Assembly (NCBI GenBank): GCA_902559985.1
Contig: CACEJY010000004.1
Coordinates: forward strand, 1,372 to 65,371
Direction: 5' to 3'
From: an uncultured SAR116 cluster alpha proteobacterium
GTDB lineage: Bacteria > Pseudomonadota > Alphaproteobacteria > Puniceispirillales > Puniceispirillaceae
Length of the DNA: 64,000 nucleotides
In this document: positions 18,697 to 27,606 of the stretch, in pieces
Numbering within the stretch: the stretch's first letter is position 1
Layout of the letters: every line of letters begins with the position of its first letter
Program-made: the position numbers and the translations under genes
The notes under the pieces: generated by a model
The model's database searches: none
What the model saw: only the letters and a program-made list of their open reading frames with translations
What the model was told of the DNA's origin: nothing

Positions 18697-19677
18697 TCAA
18701 GTTTTGATTTTTAATTCTGCAATCATAGAGATCATCTCGAACATAATGGCAGCTGCAACCATAGACGTTATATGATTGGGGGTATCTTTTGTTGGCATCA
18801 AACAAACAACATCGCCACCGATGATATTCATTCCCCTAACCGCATGCATAAGCTCAATCGCTTCATCAACCGAAAAACCATTTACGCCTGGTTCAATGTT
18901 AGAAACAGCCGGTGCTGCAGACGGGTCAAGACAATCCAAATCAAATGTGATGTAAACAGGCCGCCCACGAAGAACAGTTTTTACCTGTTCAATTACATCG
19001 ATAGCCCCCCTTTGCCGATACTCTTTCATAGTTACAATGTTATAGCCATAGTCATATGATGGCTGCAGCCAATCAAGCGTTCGTGGGTGACCGCGCAAGC
19101 CAATTTGCATCGAATGTTTTGGATCAACCATCCCTTGATCAGGCAAATACGCTCCCCAATGGGCTGCAGATTTTTTTGCACCTAAAAAATGATCTACTGT
19201 AGTAAAAACGTCAGTGTGAGCATCTAGATGTAAAAAACAGACTTTCTCTCCCTGTGTCAGAATGCCATTGGCAAGTCCCTGAACGATACCTCCAGTAATC
19301 GAATGGTCGCCTCCAATCGAAACAGGACGAGTATTAGAATTATCAATCGCTTTGAAAAAATCCGTTATTTGCTCAATGCAATGTTCATTATCATTTGCCC
19401 GAGGGAACGGGACATCACCGGCATCTATTATTTTTACTTCATTCCATGGATCAATCTTGAAGTCACCATGCGCTCGACGTTGGAGCGCGGACACATTCCT
19501 CACAGCACGTGGACCAAGGTGCTGATCACGCTCAGTTGTTCCATTACCAGTCGAATGAGGAACTCCAACAAGAGCAATATCTGCCGTTTCAAGCTTGTCT
19601 TGCGGACACCGAAAAAGAGTTGGTATGCCCCACCAATAGAGATTTTCCATCATGCTTAAATCATGTTTTTCAGCCAT
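18697..19677 (-). CDS. ureohydrolase (arginase/agmatinase family), divergent clade
   Basis: GVPHS, GPRAVR, GGDHS, HLDAHTD, QIGLRG, FDLDCLDP..APAV. Confidence 0.88.
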   Translation of the reverse strand: MAEKHDLSMMENLYWWGIPTLFRCPQDKLETADIALVGVPHSTGNGTTERDQHLGPRAVRNVSALQRRAHGDFKIDPWNEVKIIDAGDVPFPRANDNEHCIEQITDFFKAIDNSNTRPVSIGGDHSITGGIVQGLANGILTQGEKVCFLHLDAHTDVFTTVDHFLGAKKSAAHWGAYLPDQGMVDPKHSMQIGLRGHPRTLDWLQPSYDYGYNIVTMKEYRQRGAIDVIEQVKTVLRGRPVYITFDLDCLDPSAAPAVSNIEPGVNGFSVDEAIELMHAVRGMNIIGGDVVCLMPTKDTPNHITSMVAAAIMFEMISMIAELKIKT

Positions 19678-19770
19678 TTTTCAAACTCACTAAGCTTGTT
19701 AAAGCGTTATCGATATTTTTTGTTGGAACCCATTTATTCTGAACAGTTAATTGGAAACGAGCAGAAGAGC

Positions 19771-20121
19771 CTATATTGCCGCGGTAACGGTAAACTCCAC
19801 TAGAAGTTCCTCAGAGGCCATTTCACTGCGGCCGCAAGCTCTTGCAGGCGCGCAACCTTCTGGCACCCAATTTTCATATGCAAGATTCATAGCATCAAAA
19901 TCATCCATTGTTTTTAACCATACAATCACCTGCAACAAGCGTTCATTTGAAGTACCAGCTTCAGCAAGCAGAGCATCGATACGACTAAATGCTTCAGCAC
20001 ACTGCGCCTCAATAGAGTCACCTCGATTACCTACCTGCCCACATAAATAAACTGTGTTATTGTGGGTGACAATTTTGCTCATCCGGCGGTTGGTGTGCCG
20101 CCTGTCGATTGTTGACGCCAT
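19771..20121 (-). CDS. RidA/YjgF family protein (YoaB-like)
   Basis: RMSKIV.HN.TVYLCGQV, FDAMN..Y..WV....PARAC, LVEF; start ATG 20121 after GGGAG. Confidence 0.88.
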   Translation of the reverse strand: MASTIDRRHTNRRMSKIVTHNNTVYLCGQVGNRGDSIEAQCAEAFSRIDALLAEAGTSNERLLQVIVWLKTMDDFDAMNLAYENWVPEGCAPARACGRSEMASEELLVEFTVTAAI

Positions 20122-20438
20122 ATTTCTTTTGCTCCCTAACATTGAATGATTGTCGACGCATTAAGTGCAATAATGAAGCTCACATTGGCCGAAGTTATCC
20201 CCCATTGCTAGCCTGATAATACTTGCCAGCTTTTGTGGGGAACCCACCCCCAGTATAGACCATTCCTACTTTGGTTTTCAGGCCAAAAAACTCTAAAAAG
20301 TTTTAATTCACCGACTAATACCATTCAGTCGCATTGCCTTGCGTTTATTCAAACACTAGCATACGTTAACAATGGATGTAATTTAGTCATGATTTCCAAC
20401 TATTACTATCTGCATTTCATTCGAAAAACCAACTGACG

Positions 20439-21476
20439 GTGGCAATCATGGAATTTGTTTTTGACGCGTGGTATGTAGCAGGATGGTCACGCAACTTTCA
20501 GCATGAACTTGTTCCCCAAACTATTCTTGAACAAAATCTGGTTTTCTTCCGGCAAAACGACGACAAACTGGTTGCCTTGGAAGACCGTTGTCCACACCGG
20601 CTTTTACCACTAAGTAAGGGCAACCTTGTTGGTGATAATGTGGAATGCGGTTATCACGGCATGACTTTTGATGGCAATGGAAAGTGCGTACGCATACCAG
20701 CGCAGGATAACTTGCCGCCAAGTGCCTATGTTGACACCTACCCAGTTGAAGAACGGCACGGCATTGTTTGGGTCTGGATGGGTATCAAAGAGAAGGCCGA
20801 CCCCAATCTAATTTTTAACATGGATGAATTTAAGGATTCTTCCTGGCATAAGCATCTTGGCGATGCCTTGCATATCAAGGCACATTATCTAAATGTCGCG
20901 GAAAATTTGGTTGATCCAGCACATGTCAGTTTTGTTCATCCTACAACTCTTGGGAGCGCAGCGTCCCAAGATGTTCCAGTTGAGGTGTCAACAACGGATG
21001 ACCCTATTGCCGCTTGGCGCTGGATCCGGAATGCGCCACCAGTTGGTTTCTTTCAAAAATTTGGTAGTTTTTCTGGCAACGTTGACCGGTGGCATTATTA
21101 TTACCTTCATCTACCATCAACTGCTGTTATTGATTTTGGCAGCGCAGCGAGTGATCTACAGCTAAAAGAGGACGAACGTCACAAAGGGGTGCGCATTTTC
21201 GCGATCCATTTTGTGACACCAGTTACCCGTGATTATACAATTGATCACTGGATGCATATGCGCAATGCCGCAGTTGGTAATGATGACGCCTCGAAGCAAA
21301 TCGATGACCTTTTTCGCATTGCATTTGAAGAGGATAAAGAGATCCTGGAAGCCATACACAAAGAAGAACAACGGCAACAGACCCGTGCACCCATTCGGAT
21401 TGCGATTGACCGCGCACCACTTGTTTACCGAAAACGTATCAAGGAGTTAGTAAATCTTGGTAGCCAGCAAAGGTAA
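20439..21476 (+). CDS. Rieske non-heme iron oxygenase alpha subunit (VanA-like)
   Basis: DRCPHR...ECGYHG Rieske motif; ENLVDPAHVSFVH mononuclear Fe site; FEED. Confidence 0.9.
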   Translation: MAIMEFVFDAWYVAGWSRNFQHELVPQTILEQNLVFFRQNDDKLVALEDRCPHRLLPLSKGNLVGDNVECGYHGMTFDGNGKCVRIPAQDNLPPSAYVDTYPVEERHGIVWVWMGIKEKADPNLIFNMDEFKDSSWHKHLGDALHIKAHYLNVAENLVDPAHVSFVHPTTLGSAASQDVPVEVSTTDDPIAAWRWIRNAPPVGFFQKFGSFSGNVDRWHYYYLHLPSTAVIDFGSAASDLQLKEDERHKGVRIFAIHFVTPVTRDYTIDHWMHMRNAAVGNDDASKQIDDLFRIAFEEDKEILEAIHKEEQRQQTRAPIRIAIDRAPLVYRKRIKELVNLGSQQR

Positions 21477-21623
21477 TTATCCGTCACTAAGCAATACCAA
21501 GTTCGGCTATCAAAAACCTAAAACTAAAATTACCAGAGGGTTCAACCTTTCTCCTACTGCTTAGGATGTGCCCTGGCACGCGGTGGACCAAGTACTTTTA
21601 TTAACGTAATTCTACTCAGCTCT

Positions 21624-22259
21624 TTATTTTGTTCCATACATTCGGTCACCAGCATCTCCAAGCCCTGGCAAAATATAGGCATGATCATTAAGTTCCCTAT
21701 CAATGGCTGCCGTTACAATCTGAACATCTGGATGTTGGTCTGAGAATGTAGCCAAACCCTCAGGTGCAGCAAGTAAACAAACAAATTTAATCCGTTTTGC
21801 ACCAGCATCTTTTATACGTTGCACACCCGCGACTGCTGAATTGCCTGTTGCGAGCATAGGGTCAACTACCACACAGAGGCGTTCTTCTAAATTATCTGGC
21901 AGTTTAAGGTAATATTCCACCGGCACTAAAGATTTTGGGTCTCGGTAAAGACCAACATGGCCTACTCGTGCCGATGGGACTAGGTCAAGCATTCCATCTA
22001 AAAGTCCGTTGCCTGCTCTAAGGATTGAAATAAAACACAGTTTCTTTCCAACAATCTTTGGCACTTTAACGAGCTCAAGTGGTGTTTGAACACTCACTTC
22101 TTCCGTCTCTAAATCGCGGCAAACCTCATATGCAAGCAATAGGCTAATCTCACGAAGGAGTTCGCGAAACTTTGCTGTTGGTGTTTCAACATCCCGCATT
22201 ATAGAAAGTTTATGCTTAATTAAAGGATGATTTACCGTGATAATATTTTCACTTTTCAT
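21624..22259 (-). CDS. upp: uracil phosphoribosyltransferase
   Basis: [38 protein letters not shown]. Confidence 0.97.
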   Translation of the reverse strand: MKSENIITVNHPLIKHKLSIMRDVETPTAKFRELLREISLLLAYEVCRDLETEEVSVQTPLELVKVPKIVGKKLCFISILRAGNGLLDGMLDLVPSARVGHVGLYRDPKSLVPVEYYLKLPDNLEERLCVVVDPMLATGNSAVAGVQRIKDAGAKRIKFVCLLAAPEGLATFSDQHPDVQIVTAAIDRELNDHAYILPGLGDAGDRMYGTK

Positions 22260-22276
22260 AATGTGTTCTCACTTTC

Positions 22277-23518
22277 TCAAAAAATAGTACCACTACTATG
22301 GAGACTCAAAGGTGGAGCGCCACCCTCACGAAGCTGGCTTGCAATCCGCCGCCCCGCTGACCAAGTGCCGCCCTGTAGTACACTTGCAAGGGGTAGACTC
22401 TCGGCGTCATCACCCGTCCGGAAACGCACTTCATCGGCGAGTTTGTCAAGAAGAGCTACCGTCAACGCTCTCCACTCAACCACTAGAGAACTTTTTAACT
22501 GATGGGCGGAGAGTAAATCTTTCGAAGTAATAGTTTTAAGAACTTTGGTATCGAGAAAAAGCCCACCATTTCGGTATTCAGGAAGCCCAGTTAAATCATC
22601 CAAATTAATTACCCTCACACCAGATTCCTCTAGAGGCTCAATCAAAGAATAAGTCATCCATTGTGAGAGCTTATGGAAGGGTATAATCTTATTTGTTATG
22701 TCGTCGCGTACTAAACTACTGTGATGTCCAACATCCCCAATAGGAATGTCCCCCAACCATTCACCATCGGGCCATATGTGACCAATTCCATGCAGTAATG
22801 CGATGAGAATATCGCGAGCTTCAACTGCCCCCTCAACTTGCTTCTTTGACAAGAAATCAAAAAGGTTGCCCGGACGAGATGTGCCATCACGACAAAACAT
22901 CTCAGATTTTTTTAGTAAGGCACTACCCAGTCGATTTAGTAAATTAGTTCTGTTATCAAGACCTAGCAGGGGATTAACGGCACTGACTTGGAAAACTTCT
23001 CCGAGTTTATCTACATTCAATTTTCTCAACGCTTCCGCGTCTACACGAAAAGGTTCATCTTCACCATGGAGGCTTAGCAACCCACTTTCCAACAGTCTAA
23101 TGCTAGCCACGGCCAACCCCTCAGACCTGCTTTGAACAATTCCCGTTTTTTTATCATTGTACCGCCAATCTGGTCCCGCACCTGCGTCTAGCAAAACTGA
23201 TACAATTGCCAGATCAAAGCGACGACGAGCATTTTCAGCCTTTGAGACTTTTGGGAGACGTTCCATTAACTCAAACCAAAGATTTTGACGGCCAAATTCA
23301 AAATGACGCCATCGACTGTGGAAGGGGACTTTTACATTGGGGTAATTGACCTCAATTTCTTTAAGCACTAATTCAACCGCATCATTCATATATTCCATAT
23401 GAACTTCAAAATGATCGAGTTTTGATGTTTCTGCCAATTTAAAAATCTCATGACACCGCTCCCTTACAGCTTCGGGTGTCAGCAGGGCAAAGGCAAAATC
23501 TAAGTCATCAGCTTTCAT
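22277..23518 (-). CDS. URC4/Urg3 family protein (DUF1688)
   Basis: PFHSRWRHF, VSVLLDAGAG..W, RSEGLA, FHKLSQWMTYSL.EP, LTGLPEYRNGGL, VEWRALTV, LQGGTW.AGR. Confidence 0.9.
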   Translation of the reverse strand: MKADDLDFAFALLTPEAVRERCHEIFKLAETSKLDHFEVHMEYMNDAVELVLKEIEVNYPNVKVPFHSRWRHFEFGRQNLWFELMERLPKVSKAENARRRFDLAIVSVLLDAGAGPDWRYNDKKTGIVQSRSEGLAVASIRLLESGLLSLHGEDEPFRVDAEALRKLNVDKLGEVFQVSAVNPLLGLDNRTNLLNRLGSALLKKSEMFCRDGTSRPGNLFDFLSKKQVEGAVEARDILIALLHGIGHIWPDGEWLGDIPIGDVGHHSSLVRDDITNKIIPFHKLSQWMTYSLIEPLEESGVRVINLDDLTGLPEYRNGGLFLDTKVLKTITSKDLLSAHQLKSSLVVEWRALTVALLDKLADEVRFRTGDDAESLPLASVLQGGTWSAGRRIASQLREGGAPPLSLHSSGTIF

Positions 23519-24762
23519 TCTTCCATTTTCCTGCCCTTAACCTCAATTAAATCTTCTCCTTTTTTTGGATCTTCATTGGTGAAATATCCAGCAGCTTTTT
23601 TAGCCTCCATTTCAACATGAGCATCCTCAGGTATCAAATGTGATGGAATATCCAACCGTTCACCAATTTCAATGCCTTGATCAACAAGTGCGTCATGCTT
23701 CATGTCACTCATTGAGGCAAAACGATCAATTTTTGTTATACCCAGCCAATTGAAAATATCCGGCATCAATTCCTGGAAACGAGCATCTTGAACCCCAGCA
23801 ACACACTCAGTCCGTTCAAAATACGTTGCAGCACTATCTCCACCTTTTTGTCGCTTTCGAGCGTTATAGACTAGAAATTTAGTTACCTCTCCAAGCGCTC
23901 TGCCTTCTTTACGATTGTAAACAACAAGGCCATTACCACCATCCTGAGCCATTGCCACACATATTTCGATCCCATGTGTTAGGTAGGGACGACAAGTGCA
24001 AATATCAGAGCCAAAAACGTCAGATCCATTGCATTCGTCATGAACGCGGCATGCCAGTGGTACCTTGCTATCACTGAGTTTTTCAGGATCGCCAAAAATG
24101 TAAGAAGTGATTCCACCGATCGGGGGCATAAAAACCTCAAGATCAGATCGCGTTACAAGTTCTGGGTACATCCCCCCCATCTGCTCGAAAATCACTCGTC
24201 TAAATTCATATTCATCAACACCGAACCTCCTAGCAAGTCCAGGAATATACCAAACGGGGTCAATTGCTATTTTTGTAACCTTAATATCCCCATTTTCAAG
24301 AAGCACCTGACCATCGGGCTTTAGCCGTCCCTCTGCAATTGCATCACGAATCTCCATTAATTTTAATCTCGCTTGAGTAACTGCAATGGTTGGTCGAATA
24401 TCAAACCCCTCTTTAATCTGATCTTTAAATTCACTCGCAACAATATGACCCCAGGGGTCTAAAGACACAATTTTATCAGGGTCAAACCACTGTGGATAAG
24501 GTCCTATATTTATTGTGGGAGACGTATTAGTTAAGTCAGCAACATGAGTGGGATCAAGCCTCCCAGCTGCAACAGAAACCGCTCTATAAACTGAATAACT
24601 GCCAGAGTGGGTCCCTATAACATTCCGATGCATAGGATCAGATACGCTCCCAATGAGTGGGCCACGACTGCGTGAGTCTTCTGCTCCCCAGTGAATGGGA
24701 GAGAAATGATTTGACCCAGGCCTTGAATGAGAGGTTAAAACTATAGGGCGAGATTTGGACAT
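23515..24762 (-). CDS. URC1/Urg1-type GTP cyclohydrolase II-like protein
   Basis: N-terminal IGTHSGSYSVYRA, DPWG, DIRPTIA; RVHDECNGSDVFGSDICTCRPYL, KEGRALGEVTK, DARFQ. Start ATG 24762. Confidence 0.9.
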   Translation of the reverse strand: MSKSRPIVLTSHSRPGSNHFSPIHWGAEDSRSRGPLIGSVSDPMHRNVIGTHSGSYSVYRAVSVAAGRLDPTHVADLTNTSPTINIGPYPQWFDPDKIVSLDPWGHIVASEFKDQIKEGFDIRPTIAVTQARLKLMEIRDAIAEGRLKPDGQVLLENGDIKVTKIAIDPVWYIPGLARRFGVDEYEFRRVIFEQMGGMYPELVTRSDLEVFMPPIGGITSYIFGDPEKLSDSKVPLACRVHDECNGSDVFGSDICTCRPYLTHGIEICVAMAQDGGNGLVVYNRKEGRALGEVTKFLVYNARKRQKGGDSAATYFERTECVAGVQDARFQELMPDIFNWLGITKIDRFASMSDMKHDALVDQGIEIGERLDIPSHLIPEDAHVEMEAKKAAGYFTNEDPKKGEDLIEVKGRKMEE

Positions 24763-24870
24763 TTTTTTACCTTTTCTAACTACCGCTACTGACTCAATTT
24801 CAAATTTAAGCTGAGCTGAAAATTTCAAACAAAGCAGCGCATTGTTCGCTGCGATTAGCCTAAATAAAGT

Positions 24871-24886
24871 TTGACCAAATGGTCAA
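24871..24886. promoter_or_regulatory. RutR operator
   Basis: TTGACCAAATGGTCAA matches the RutR consensus TTGACCAnnTGGTCAA exactly, inside a longer imperfect palindrome 24861-24896, between rutR and the URC1 gene. Confidence 0.85.
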
Positions 24887-24903
24887 CTTTTATTTAAAAT
24901 TTT

Positions 24904-25539
24904 TTATTTCATCCTCAAGCCGGTAAGAATAACCTCAGTGACAGTATCAATTGCCGAGGAGTAGTCAACCGCACCAATTTCTTTAACGCCTAGAACTGCT
25001 GTAATCTGCGTATTAAAGTCAGCATAAGTTTGCGTAACTGCCCAAATCATGAAAAAGACATGTTGAGGTGAAATTGATACCATTTCACCTCGTGACTGCC
25101 ATACCTTGAAAACACTTGCTTGCCTGTCAACCCAACTTTTCAAATCCTTTTCAAGATAATCTCCGATAACCGGAGCGCCAGCGATAATCTCCAATGCAAA
25201 AACCTTTGAAGCATTAGGCCGACTGAATGAAAGATCCATTTTTGATTTTATGTAGTTCTCAATAGCTTTTTTTGGGTTATCGTCCGCAGATATCTCACCG
25301 AGAGCTCCAAGCCACGTTTCCAGAATATCTCGGCATACTGCGCGATAAATATCTTCTTTACTCTCAAAATAATACAACAAATTTGCCTTCGGCAAACCTG
25401 CTTCATTTGCAATCTCAAATAACCTAGAACCTTTGAGGCCTTGCCTGGCAAAGACCTTTTCTGCCGATTTTAATATTAAGGCTTTTTTTTCAACTGTGCT
25501 TAATCTCTTTACACTGCTTCTTGCGACTCTTTTCGCCAT
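24904..25539 (-). CDS. rutR: TetR family pyrimidine-responsive regulator RutR
   Basis: AGLPKANLLYYF.SKE HTH; SKVFALEIIAGAP; FMIWAVTQTYADF (RutR C-terminal signature); adjacent RutR box. Confidence 0.85.
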   Translation of the reverse strand: MAKRVARSSVKRLSTVEKKALILKSAEKVFARQGLKGSRLFEIANEAGLPKANLLYYFESKEDIYRAVCRDILETWLGALGEISADDNPKKAIENYIKSKMDLSFSRPNASKVFALEIIAGAPVIGDYLEKDLKSWVDRQASVFKVWQSRGEMVSISPQHVFFMIWAVTQTYADFNTQITAVLGVKEIGAVDYSSAIDTVTEVILTGLRMK

Positions 25540-25546
25540 GAAAACA

Positions 25547-26233
25547 TCAGGCCTTTATGATAAAATGAAGTTCCGATGGTTTTGCGTCTGCGCCATTGAT
25601 TGGATTCTTATCCTGTGGACAAGCAGACATGACAGCAATTAAATCTTCGAGCACTCTAAACCCAAAAACATCACCCTGCGATGAGACTGTTGCCTCAAAA
25701 GAGGTTTGGCCATCTGGTGAAATGGGGATATTCATCCACAAGTTAAATGGGTCGGGGACATGCGGTGCCTCGAGTCCTATTGCACTTAACGCCATCCGCA
25801 GGTTGTCCGTGCAATTATCGTGATATTCCGTGCATCCCAACAATTGATATCGCGTTAAATCGCAACAAGACATAACCGTATCGTGCACACCAGGTGACGT
25901 GTCATTGATAATCTCTAGCACTGGCTGACGACAGTTCGTCACAAGCCGGTCACCAACCTTGGGAAAAACCGACTGTAGCCATGTCCGACAATGCGACATA
26001 GATAAGAATTGGCCCATGTCAGCAGCAAGATATGCCCAGAAGTCGCAAACCTGCGTACCATGAGTATTTTCAATCTGTAATTGCTGTCCTGCTTGAAGTT
26101 TAATGGCAACACCACAACGCGGTGGAATACGATATTTCACGCCAATTTCAGGGCTACCGTCAGGCGAAATAGCGCTGGTTAAGCTGGCATTGGTTCCATC
26201 ATATTTTGCTGGATCATATAAAGACGCTATCAT
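25547..26233 (-). CDS. DUF1989 urea-carboxylase-associated family protein
   Basis: GTQVCDFW, HDTVMSCC, HDNCTDNL, PFNLWMNI, MSACPQD. Confidence 0.85.
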   Translation of the reverse strand: MIASLYDPAKYDGTNASLTSAISPDGSPEIGVKYRIPPRCGVAIKLQAGQQLQIENTHGTQVCDFWAYLAADMGQFLSMSHCRTWLQSVFPKVGDRLVTNCRQPVLEIINDTSPGVHDTVMSCCDLTRYQLLGCTEYHDNCTDNLRMALSAIGLEAPHVPDPFNLWMNIPISPDGQTSFEATVSSQGDVFGFRVLEDLIAVMSACPQDKNPINGADAKPSELHFIIKA

Positions 26234-26236
26234 GGC

Positions 26237-26686
26237 TCAGTCCTCTGCAATATCTTCGGCCCAAAGTTCGGGCTTTTCGTTAATAAAACGTTCCATCAAA
26301 GCAATGCAATCCGGATCATCAGCAATCACAATTTCTACTCCATGCTGACGTAAAAACGCTTCATTACCGCCAAAGGTTTTATTCTCGCCAATCACAACTC
26401 GCGGAATGCCAAATTGGATAATGGTTCCGCTACACATCATGCAAGGACTGAGCGTCGTGTAAAGTACCGTGTCACGGTAGGTTTTCTGACGGCCAGCCTT
26501 ACGGAGAGCATCCATCTCACCATGAGCTATCGGGTCCCCTTGCTGAACACGCTGATTATGCCCACGTGACACTTCCTGCCCACCACGTGCCAACACTGAC
26601 CCGATTGGGCATCCACCTGATTCAAAACCCAAACGGGCTTCGTCATAGGCAATTTTCAACATGTTCCTGTCCGTTTCATTTAGCAT
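26237..26686 (-). CDS. cytosine deaminase, fungal Fcy1-type Zn-dependent deaminase
   Basis: PIGSVL, GHNQRVQ, HGEMDA, LSPCMMC, C-terminal W.EDI as in yeast cytosine deaminase. Confidence 0.85.
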   Translation of the reverse strand: MLNETDRNMLKIAYDEARLGFESGGCPIGSVLARGGQEVSRGHNQRVQQGDPIAHGEMDALRKAGRQKTYRDTVLYTTLSPCMMCSGTIIQFGIPRVVIGENKTFGGNEAFLRQHGVEIVIADDPDCIALMERFINEKPELWAEDIAED

Positions 26687-26700
26687 GGTGATATCCTTTC

Positions 26701-27591
26701 TTATTCCGCGCGCCCAATTGGTGCTGTATAGTAGGGCAATGCCTCGCGGCGAGGAACATAGGCCCCACTGGCCTCTATTCGATCCAAGTGATCGGCAATT
26801 TCATCAAGCCTCGCAAACCAAACATCTTTTGTGTTTAAGGTTTTCTCCAACCACGTTTCCACCTGCTTCCAGCGAGCCAACCTGCCAGTTAGAAATGGAT
26901 GAACAATAAGCATAAAAAAACCACCCGCGTCATAAGCTGCATCAAACTCCTCCCAGAACCCAGACAATCCTTTTGATGGGCCTGCAACCGGCATCATATA
27001 GCCAATTTCAGAATAGTGAGCAAAAGGTGGCCAATCATCAGTTCCCCAATGCACCGGCATTTCCCAAAGCTGACCTTTATTAGTTTCGAGCCGGTAGGGA
27101 ATATCATCAGCCATCATGGAGGAGTCATATCGAAACCCGTATTCAACCAGCAAATCTAAAACTTCCTGATTGACGTTATAGACTGGAGCTCGGTATCCAG
27201 AGGGTTTGCCGCCGCAATATTTGTGATGCGCCTCCAACGCTTTTTCAAACCAGGCGCGTTGATCAGGGGCGTCAATTGGATCTTCATGTAAATATCCATG
27301 ATGCCCAATTTCATGCCCGCCTTTTAAAATAGCCTCTACTGAATCAGGGTAGGTCTCAATGCACCAACCCGGCACAAAAAATGACTGCTTGATGCCAAGC
27401 CTCCGATAGGTTTCAAGGATGCGAGGTACAGCAACCGTTGGTCCATATCGACCCATACTGATTGGATATAAACGGTCATGAGAGTCTTTAGGCCGGGCAA
27501 TATGAATTAGACTATCAGCGTCCATATCAAAAGAAATCACACAAGCACAGCGTGCACCATTCGGCCATGGAACAGGATTACTAATCATCAA
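26701..27591 (-). CDS. polysaccharide deacetylase family (CE4) hydrolase, PuuE/HP0310-like
   Basis: WPNGARCA..SFDMD, GRYG, GHEIGHHGYLH, GYRAP, YDSS...DD.PY, VHP. Confidence 0.85.
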   Translation of the reverse strand: MMISNPVPWPNGARCACVISFDMDADSLIHIARPKDSHDRLYPISMGRYGPTVAVPRILETYRRLGIKQSFFVPGWCIETYPDSVEAILKGGHEIGHHGYLHEDPIDAPDQRAWFEKALEAHHKYCGGKPSGYRAPVYNVNQEVLDLLVEYGFRYDSSMMADDIPYRLETNKGQLWEMPVHWGTDDWPPFAHYSEIGYMMPVAGPSKGLSGFWEEFDAAYDAGGFFMLIVHPFLTGRLARWKQVETWLEKTLNTKDVWFARLDEIADHLDRIEASGAYVPRREALPYYTAPIGRAE

Positions 27592-27606
27592 ACTCTCCCT
27601 AAATCA

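Noticed and set aside
16471-20438. Guanidine riboswitches upstream of ureohydrolase/EamA genes
   Set aside because: No twin ACGR hairpins or ykkC-type core were seen in the intergenic segments.
23515-24762. Riboflavin-pathway ribA
   Set aside because: The long URC1-type N-terminal domain, the URC4 and upp neighbours and the RutR box indicate pyrimidine catabolism; no rib genes are nearby.
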